Assembly: GCA_018830295.1 (NCBI GenBank)
Contig: JAHJSM010000001.1
Location: forward strand, 65,980 to 129,979
From: Patescibacteria group bacterium
Lineage (GTDB): Bacteria; Patescibacteriota; Minisyncoccia; Portnoybacterales; UBA2143
DNA: 64,000 nucleotides
Reading direction: 5' to 3'
The translations under genes were made by a program, and so were the position numbers. Below the pieces are notes generated by a model that was given only the letters and a program-made list of their open reading frames with translations, was not told the origin of the DNA and searched no databases. Positions 57,194 to 64,000 of the stretch are shown here, one piece after another; positions within the stretch are counted from its first letter, which is position 1; every line of letters begins with the position of its first letter.

Positions 57194-58158
57194 ATAAAAA
57201 AACAACTATTTTAGTGGCTGTTTTTAATAAAAAAGAAACAATTGTAAATTGCGTGGAATCTTTACTGAATCTCGATTCTCCTCCCGCAAGACTTTTATTT
57301 CTTGATGGCGGTTCAACTGATGGAACTTATCAAATTTTAGAAAAGGAATATAAAAATAAGATAGATTTAATCCAACTTCCTATAAGCCATTCTGAAAGAA
57401 TGAATTGGGCGTTAGATAATATTAATACAGAATATACCGCCTTAACGGACGCTGATTGCGTAGTTGAACCGGATTGGCTTACCGAGTTATTGAAAGGATT
57501 TTCTGAAGAAAAAAATATTGTCGCTACTGCCGGTTATTGCGGTACTCCAAAAAAGACTTCATTTCTCCAAAAATTAATCGGGATGGATATGGATAATAGA
57601 TTTGATAACCTTCCTCGTTATTTATGCCGCGCGCCAACTATGAATTTATGTTTTAGAACTGATATAGCGAGAAATGTTAAATTTGATGAAAAACAAAAAG
57701 TAGCGATAGAAACAGATTTTGGATTTAGATTAAGCAAACACGGTAAAATACTTTATGTTCCAAAATCCAAAGTTTGGCATTATCACCGAAGCGACTTAAA
57801 AAGTTATTTTAATCAACAAAAAAATCAGGCCAAATGGGGCCCGAGATTAATTCTTAAACATAAACAGAGAGCTATTTCGGATCCAATTACCGGATTAGGT
57901 ATGACTATCCAAATTCCGCTTTTAATGGCGGGGATTGTTTTTTTGTTTTTATCTTTGTTTAATCAAATATTTATTTATTTTGCTATAGTTTCTTTCTCGA
58001 TTCTTCTTTCAATTTATATAAAAAATATTGTCAAAATAAACCCCTCTCCTCTGTATTACTTAATTTTACCATTTTTCTTTCTTTATCGAACATTTGCTTG
58101 GACAATTGGCGTAATTGAGGGGTCTTTTCTTTTACTTTTAGACAAATCCTTAAGATAA
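57190..58158 (+). CDS. GT2 glycosyltransferase with C-terminal TM helices
   Basis: 322 aa. TILVAVFNKKETIVNCVESL...FLDGGSTDGT, TDADC and two C-terminal TM helices are present. Confidence 0.7.
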   Translation: MNKKTTILVAVFNKKETIVNCVESLLNLDSPPARLLFLDGGSTDGTYQILEKEYKNKIDLIQLPISHSERMNWALDNINTEYTALTDADCVVEPDWLTELLKGFSEEKNIVATAGYCGTPKKTSFLQKLIGMDMDNRFDNLPRYLCRAPTMNLCFRTDIARNVKFDEKQKVAIETDFGFRLSKHGKILYVPKSKVWHYHRSDLKSYFNQQKNQAKWGPRLILKHKQRAISDPITGLGMTIQIPLLMAGIVFLFLSLFNQIFIYFAIVSFSILLSIYIKNIVKINPSPLYYLILPFFFLYRTFAWTIGVIEGSFLLLLDKSLR

Positions 58159-59235
58159 CGGCTTTCTTCTAAAAAAACCTATTAAAATATGAAAAAGGTG
58201 GCGGGGATTAAATAAAGTATTTGAGGTCATAGCGCATTCAAAGGTGCAAAAACATTTGCTTTTTCTTATTTTTTTCCTAACCGTCTCTGATTTTTTAGAA
58301 AACCATAGTTTTTTTAAATTAAAATCAAAATCTTTAAGATTGCCCATTTTGTTACTCAACATTTCACACGGATAAACATCTCCGTTTTCTTTTAAAATCG
58401 CTAATAAATTACCAGCATAACAGGGAGTAATATATTTTTTTTCCGAATATATTCTACTTAAAATCCGCGAACCATAATATTGCCTTGATGAAAGAATTCT
58501 CTCTATCCATGAGGGATTTTTTTTGTAAGTCTTTTCTAAAAAATCATTCCTTAATTTAAACATAATGTTGTCATAATGTTTTATATCCAACTCTTTTAAG
58601 GACATATCCCTAACCTCTGAACGAATTATGTTTACCCCAACATTCTCAACGCCTAAATCTTTCTCCAAAAAATCAACTATTTCCCCTACTTCTTCTTGAT
58701 TATCTTTGGTAATAGTAACTATATTGCCAAGGCGAAAGTTACTAAATTCTTTTTCTAACTCTTTAAGTTTTTTTATTGTTTTTACCGCTTTTTCAAAACA
58801 ACCGTCAACCTGCCTGATTTGATTATGTTTTTCTCCTAAATTATCTATGGAAATGCCAACAGCAACCCTGATATCTTTGCGACAAACTTCCAAAATATTT
58901 TTAGTTGTCCTAAATATACGGTCTGTTAAAATTCCATTCGTCGGTATTTGGAGATTAGCTACTTTAGTAAACCGACTAAAAATAGAAGCCACTTCAACTA
59001 AGTTATCCCTTAAAAATGGTTCTCCCCCAGTTAAAGTAACTGTGAGAAGGTCGGGCGCGCTTTTCGCGACTTTTTCTATTTCAAGCAAACTTAACTCATC
59101 TTTAATTGTATTAATTTTTTGCCAATAAAAACAATGCCTGCATTTGGCGTTGCATTTGGAAGTAACAAAAAATATTAAATTAAGCGGCATCCCTCGTTTT
59201 ATAAAAACACGAGAAATTTGTTTTAATAGACACAT
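58150..59235 (-). CDS. radical SAM protein with C-terminal SPASM/twitch-like Cys cluster, copy C (close paralog of copy A)
   Basis: 361 aa. CNAKCRHCFYW, LTGGEPFLRDN and the C-terminal PCYAG...PCE...CFCTFEC are present. It is collinear with 40357..41442 throughout. Confidence 0.65.
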   Translation of the reverse strand: MCLLKQISRVFIKRGMPLNLIFFVTSKCNAKCRHCFYWQKINTIKDELSLLEIEKVAKSAPDLLTVTLTGGEPFLRDNLVEVASIFSRFTKVANLQIPTNGILTDRIFRTTKNILEVCRKDIRVAVGISIDNLGEKHNQIRQVDGCFEKAVKTIKKLKELEKEFSNFRLGNIVTITKDNQEEVGEIVDFLEKDLGVENVGVNIIRSEVRDMSLKELDIKHYDNIMFKLRNDFLEKTYKKNPSWIERILSSRQYYGSRILSRIYSEKKYITPCYAGNLLAILKENGDVYPCEMLSNKMGNLKDFDFNLKKLWFSKKSETVRKKIRKSKCFCTFECAMTSNTLFNPRHLFHILIGFFRRKPLS

Positions 59236-59239
59236 ATAA

Positions 59240-60253
59240 TTAATTTTTTATTTTGAAATATATTTGAAAATAAAGCCCGCAGACAGCGGCAAAAAACATT
59301 TCAATTGCGGAAAACAACACAGACAAAACAGCAAAAAAAACGCCCTTTCTTCTCTTGAAATATTTAAAAAACTCTGTTTGAACCCAAAAAAACATTAAAA
59401 CCGAAAATAAAAAACCGAAAATAAAAAACCAGTAGATAAATGATAAAATAAGAAAGATAGATGCCAAAATTATTGGATACAGCGATTTGCCTGAAGATGA
59501 TTTAGACATATTTAAATATGTCTTCCGAAGTTCCTTCTCTTGGATAATTCTAACAATACTCCCTATTCTTAAACAATTCGTCCTTAAAAGAGATTTTAGA
59601 TTGTGTTTTTTATGATGCTCCCCTTTTATTCTGTTATCTTGTAAAATCTTTTTATTTTCATTTAAAGACAATCTTAAAGTAAATTCTATGTCTTCCGCCG
59701 TCGCCCCAAGATAATTCTCATTAAATCCGTTCGCTTTAAAAAACATTTCTCTGGGTATAGCTAATATGGCCGAATCGGCGGCAAAATTAAATTTTGAAGC
59801 AATTTTTTTCCCTAAACACATGTACAAATGCTTGTAGGTGCTGAAAAAATCGCTGAAAACTATTCTTTCGTCATAAACACCGGAAACTCCGCATACATCA
59901 AATGATTTAAAATCATCTTTGATATGTTTAATAATATCCCTGGAAGACAAAACAATATCGCTATCAACAAAAAGCAATATCTCGCCTTTTGCATTTTTAG
60001 CGCCTAAATTGCGAGTAGCGGCAACTCCCTTGTTCACTGGGTTAGAAACAACTTTAACTCCATGTTTTTTGGCGATTAGAACGGAAGTATCAACTGAAGC
60101 GTCATTGGCTACAATTAGTTCGCATTTTTCAAAATCTTTTATTTTAGTTATTGCCTCCAAGCATTTATCTAAAGTCTTCTCGCCGTTAAAGACAGGAACA
60201 ATAATAGATAAAAAGATTGATGGCCTTTCTTTGTCTGTCATAAAATTACTCAA
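59240..60253 (-). CDS. GT2 glycosyltransferase with C-terminal TM helices
   Basis: 337 aa. LSIIVPVFNGEKTLDKCLEAI...ELIVANDASVDTS, VDSD and C-terminal TM helices are present. Confidence 0.7.
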   Translation of the reverse strand: MSNFMTDKERPSIFLSIIVPVFNGEKTLDKCLEAITKIKDFEKCELIVANDASVDTSVLIAKKHGVKVVSNPVNKGVAATRNLGAKNAKGEILLFVDSDIVLSSRDIIKHIKDDFKSFDVCGVSGVYDERIVFSDFFSTYKHLYMCLGKKIASKFNFAADSAILAIPREMFFKANGFNENYLGATAEDIEFTLRLSLNENKKILQDNRIKGEHHKKHNLKSLLRTNCLRIGSIVRIIQEKELRKTYLNMSKSSSGKSLYPIILASIFLILSFIYWFFIFGFLFSVLMFFWVQTEFFKYFKRRKGVFFAVLSVLFSAIEMFFAAVCGLYFQIYFKIKN

Positions 60254-60287
60254 AAAAATTATTCATTTATCGATTTTTTAAAAATCT

Positions 60288-61397
60288 TTAAATCTTGAAA
60301 TCATAAACCTGAATATATTGTTCAACCATATTAGGCCAATCCATTTTTTGGGCCTGCTTCAATCCATTTTGACTTAATTTTTCAGCTAAACTTGGATTAT
60401 CTAAAATATTTAAAATAGCTTGGCTAGTTTTTTCTATATCATTTTGAGGAACCAATAATCCATTAAACCCATCTATAATTGCATCTTCGGCGCCACAACC
60501 ATAAGTACCAATAACTGGTTTCCCGCAAGCATTGGCTTCCAAATAAACTAAACCAAATCCTTCAAAATTATTATCAATATTCACGGGTGTAAGTAGAAAC
60601 AAATCTGCTTGATGATAAAGTTTTAATAATTTTCGTTCTGAAATGTTTTGCAAAAAAACTATATTATCCTCTAAATTATATTTTTTAACCAAATCTTTAA
60701 GTTGAGAAAAATATTTTTTGTTCTTTTGGTTTCCGACAATGTAATATTTTAAATTTGAGTATTTTTTTACAACTTTTCCAACGGCTGAAATGGCAATATA
60801 GTATCCCTTGCGAAAAACTAATGCCCCAACGCTAATAATTTTTTTATTATTATTTTTTGTTTTTCTTTCGTCTTGATACATTCGGAACTTTTTATAATCA
60901 ATACCATTATTAATAACTATAGTATTATCAACTTGAACTTTTTTTAAGAATACTTGTTGAGTAAATCTGCTAACACAAATTATTTTTTTAGCATTTTTAT
61001 AAACCCTCTTGTACAATCCCCTTAAATACCACTTATTTAAGGCATCTACGGCATAAGTTCCATGTAAAGTGATTAACGTTGGACGCTTCCGACATGTCCA
61101 ATAAGAGATTAGACTATACGGTTCAGCTAAAATATGAACCATGTCCGCCGATTGGATAAATTTCCTAATTTGATAAAAATTCTTTATTAAAAAATATATT
61201 TTTATCCAACGACTAACAAATAATGGAGGTAGAATTTTATAATCCTTAATTGAAGATAAGTCATTTTGCTGGCTTCGCGTTGACGACAAAACCAAACAAT
61301 CAACACCTTGTTTTGACAAATGTTCAATTAAATTAACTGCGTAACTCCCCCATCCATCCCTAGAAGATAATTGATTAACCAAAAAACAAATTTTCAT
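60288..61397 (-). CDS. GT4-family (GT-B fold) glycosyltransferase
   Basis: 369 aa. EGFGLVYLEANACGKPVIGTYGCGAEDAI contains the E-x7-E motif region. Confidence 0.7.
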   Translation of the reverse strand: MKICFLVNQLSSRDGWGSYAVNLIEHLSKQGVDCLVLSSTRSQQNDLSSIKDYKILPPLFVSRWIKIYFLIKNFYQIRKFIQSADMVHILAEPYSLISYWTCRKRPTLITLHGTYAVDALNKWYLRGLYKRVYKNAKKIICVSRFTQQVFLKKVQVDNTIVINNGIDYKKFRMYQDERKTKNNNKKIISVGALVFRKGYYIAISAVGKVVKKYSNLKYYIVGNQKNKKYFSQLKDLVKKYNLEDNIVFLQNISERKLLKLYHQADLFLLTPVNIDNNFEGFGLVYLEANACGKPVIGTYGCGAEDAIIDGFNGLLVPQNDIEKTSQAILNILDNPSLAEKLSQNGLKQAQKMDWPNMVEQYIQVYDFKI

Positions 61398-62776
61398 AAT
61401 TGTTTAGCTAAACGATAAACCGGCTTCCCTATTTTGTAAAGCAAGGGCGTTGAAATAATAAATTTTTTAATACTTCTCATTTTTTCTTGAATAGCCCTTT
61501 TAACATTATACTGCCTATAAACATTATATTCAAAATTCCTGACCGCCTTTTTTATTTGATTAGAACTCAAACCAGGCAGTTCTAAAACCGACTCATCCAT
61601 ATAAGAATCAATATGATCTTTAGTGATTAACCCTTGTTCAATACATTTTTGACCCAATAGTGTTTCAGGGTAAGGATAAAAAGCAGTTACTTGCATAAAA
61701 TCAGGCTTAATTTTAGCATTTAAATTAATTGTTTCTTGAATAGTTTTTTTAGTTTCTCCGGGAATGCCAATCATATTAAAAGAAAAAGTTAAAATACCAA
61801 TCTCTTTGGCCAAATTAAACAATTCAATGACTTGATTATTAGAAATATTCCTTCCTAAAATCTTCTTTCTTAATTTTTCATTGCCCGTTTCTAAACCAAC
61901 TTTGATTAGATTACAACCTGCTTTTTTTAAAGCCACTAAAGTTTCTTTGTCAACCGCGCCAATTCTAACATTACATTCAAAACTCATATTAAACTCTTTT
62001 GAATATTTATGACAGAATTCTAAAACCCAATTCTTATTCAAAGAAAAAGTATCATCATCAATTTTAAAATGTTTAAAATTATATTGCTTCTTCAAATCCC
62101 TAATTTGTTCAATAGCCCAATCAACGCTCATAAATCTTAAATACCGACCATGTCCAAAATAAATTTTCTTAAAAACATGATTACAACAATAAGTACAGTT
62201 AAAAGGGCATCCACGGGAAAATATAAAACGGGGAGTAATCTCTTTTTGACCGGCATTTTTAAAATATTTAAAAATAGAATAATCAGGAAAGGGTAATTGA
62301 TCTAAATCAATCAACAAAGGACCAATTCTATTCTTAATAACCTTGCCCTGTCGTTTAAACCAAAAATTGTTAATGTCAGTATAGTCCTGTTTTTGCTCAA
62401 TTCGTCTAACTAATTCTAAAAGAGAATCTTCCGCCTCACCAATACAGATACCGTCAAAGCTTTCTTCCTTAATTACTTCTTCTGGTCTAATAGTAGCATG
62501 AACTCCTCCTAAAAATATTGCAATATCAAACTCTGATTTGATTCTTTTAGCTATCTCAACTGCGTGAATATATTGATGAGAATTTACTGATAAACAAATA
62601 ATTTGCGGCTGATACGATTCAACAAAAGAATTGATCTGATCAATTTCTTTTTTGTCTTCTATTTCCAACAACTCAATCTGATACCCATCTTTTTTTAAAA
62701 CAGCCGAAAGAAAAGATACTCCAACCAACCACTTCGCTTGTGAGCCAATTTTAGGAACAATAAATAAGACTTTCAT
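61394..62776 (-). CDS. B12-binding-domain radical SAM protein, copy 6
   Basis: 460 aa. FSRGCPFNCTYC and LGGVHAT are present. Confidence 0.7.
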   Translation of the reverse strand: MKVLFIVPKIGSQAKWLVGVSFLSAVLKKDGYQIELLEIEDKKEIDQINSFVESYQPQIICLSVNSHQYIHAVEIAKRIKSEFDIAIFLGGVHATIRPEEVIKEESFDGICIGEAEDSLLELVRRIEQKQDYTDINNFWFKRQGKVIKNRIGPLLIDLDQLPFPDYSIFKYFKNAGQKEITPRFIFSRGCPFNCTYCCNHVFKKIYFGHGRYLRFMSVDWAIEQIRDLKKQYNFKHFKIDDDTFSLNKNWVLEFCHKYSKEFNMSFECNVRIGAVDKETLVALKKAGCNLIKVGLETGNEKLRKKILGRNISNNQVIELFNLAKEIGILTFSFNMIGIPGETKKTIQETINLNAKIKPDFMQVTAFYPYPETLLGQKCIEQGLITKDHIDSYMDESVLELPGLSSNQIKKAVRNFEYNVYRQYNVKRAIQEKMRSIKKFIISTPLLYKIGKPVYRLAKQL

Positions 62777-62833
62777 AATAGGGTTAAATAAATACGTTAA
62801 AAGAATTAGAGAATAAAAAAATTATTAATTTTA

Positions 62834-64000
62834 TCATTTTAATTTAAAAACTTTAAATTCATTAATTTCATAAATTTGCTCAAAAAATGAATATTGCTCA
62901 ATCTTCCATTGAGGATATTTTAAAGTATCCCAAAGTAAATAATCTGTCTGATATTTTCTCAAGATATTCTCCAAAGGAATAGCCAAAAATTCTCTATATT
63001 TATCAACAAAAAAATAAAGTTTTTCATCTGGAATTAATTCATAACCACCCATTCGCTTTCGATAATATTCACCATAAACCTTTAAAGAAAGATCTGCTTT
63101 ATTTTCAAAAAAATATTTATATAAAATCTCGTCATTTCCTTTTAACCCATTAAAGCGAAGTATTAGAAATATTCTTTCTAATAATTGTTTTTCATCAGCT
63201 GCTAACGAATGACGCCCATCCTCACAATTAACTACATTAAGTGGAGTATAAGTAGCAATTGAATAAGAATTAATTTCATCTCCCACAATTACTTGATCTT
63301 TTTGAGTATTATTACGCAACCATTCAAAAATTGGTCCATAGCGCTGATTCTCAATGGCTATAGGTTTTTGACGATCATAAAGAGAAACTTGAAGCACCCA
63401 AGCATTATAAAAATTAATAAATAAAATCAATATAATCAAACTTAACCAGCTTATTTTTTTTAAAAAAGAATTATTAATTTTCTTTTCAAGCAATTCAAAA
63501 ACAATTATTATAATAAAAATAATCGCTAAGGGACTATGAAAATACCAATGATAATGATCTGGAATCATAATCATTCCAGTAATAATCTGTTGATTAAGAA
63601 CAACAAAAGGCGTTAAAATAAGACTTAGGCAAAAATAATATCTATCTTTCCACTCTCGTGAAAAAAACAATAAAAAAACAGCTAAAAGAATTAGGACCAA
63701 TGCTCCCACCTGAGGAGAATGTGTTTTCATTAAACCAAAACGAGAAGCTACCTCTGAATACAATGGATGCTGCATCGCTTGCCATAAATTCCAAAAATAA
63801 GGAATAGCTATTAATAAAGCAATAAAAGCGATCAAAATAATATCTTTAATTTTAGTCCATTCTTTCTTCCAAAGAAAAATAAGTATCAAACAGCCAAGGA
63901 ATGCAAAAATAAATGTCCAAGTATAAGGATATTCGTAAAAAGAAAGACCCAAAAGAACACCACTAGAAATACCATAAATCCATTGTCTTTTTTGTAAAAA
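62834..64000 (-). CDS. polytopic membrane protein with C-terminal soluble domain, putative GT-C-like (5' end runs off the window)
   Basis: The frame stays open to position 64000, and the first in-window start is TTG at 63952. About 9 TM segments are followed by a ~170 aa soluble domain. Confidence 0.4.
   Translation of the reverse strand, partial: FLQKRQWIYGISSGVLLGLSFYEYPYTWTFIFAFLGCLILIFLWKKEWTKIKDIILIAFIALLIAIPYFWNLWQAMQHPLYSEVASRFGLMKTHSPQVGALVLILLAVFLLFFSREWKDRYYFCLSLILTPFVVLNQQIITGMIMIPDHYHWYFHSPLAIIFIIIIVFELLEKKINNSFLKKISWLSLIILILFINFYNAWVLQVSLYDRQKPIAIENQRYGPIFEWLRNNTQKDQVIVGDEINSYSIATYTPLNVVNCEDGRHSLAADEKQLLERIFLILRFNGLKGNDEILYKYFFENKADLSLKVYGEYYRKRMGGYELIPDEKLYFFVDKYREFLAIPLENILRKYQTDYLLWDTLKYPQWKIEQYSFFEQIYEINEFKVFKLK

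Noticed and set aside
1-64000. Search for tRNA, rRNA and CRISPR arrays in all gaps longer than 60 bp
   Set aside because: No T-loop-like GTTCRANYC context with a cloverleaf was found. No direct-repeat/spacer arrays and no rRNA-like conserved stretches were found. All gaps are explained by REP hairpins, promoters or terminators.

Overview
This 64 kb window is AT-rich and gene-dense, from a small-genome bacterium. It resembles Candidate Phyla Radiation (CPR)/Patescibacteria genomes; that is an inference from gene content and compaction, not something verified. Positions 1-30.8 kb are almost entirely minus-strand. They contain rpsM-rpmJ-infA, an FtsA-like gene, secDF, secA, hpf and murB. Two families of REP-like palindromic hairpins are scattered through this half, and one family flanks an intact IS200/RAYT-type Y1 transposase gene. 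A ~9 kb cluster holds two paralogous VirD4/TraG-like P-loop ATPases, each preceded by a membrane protein, with a large Cys-rich zinc-ribbon protein, a sigma70-region4/HARE-HTH protein and a DUF4143 AAA ATPase. A compact island carries four type II toxin-antitoxin pairs: higBA, a Panacea-domain antitoxin with a RelE/YafQ-like toxin, hicBA, and phd/relE. Positions 30.9-64 kb form one large cell-surface glycan locus. It holds an initiating phosphoglycosyl transferase, six GT2, one GT4, three GT-C-like polytopic membrane proteins, a Wzx-like flippase, a UPF0104 membrane protein, two methyltransferases and a complete GDP-D-glycero-alpha-D-manno-heptose pathway (GmhA, HddA, fused HddC-GmhB). Unusually, it also holds nine radical SAM enzymes: six cobalamin (B12)-binding-domain radical SAM proteins and three SPASM/twitch-type radical SAM proteins, each of the latter adjacent to a GT2. 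A second DUF4143 ATPase gene sits inside this locus as a 1.39 kb insertion flanked by perfect 40 bp direct repeats. No rRNA, tRNA or CRISPR array was found.
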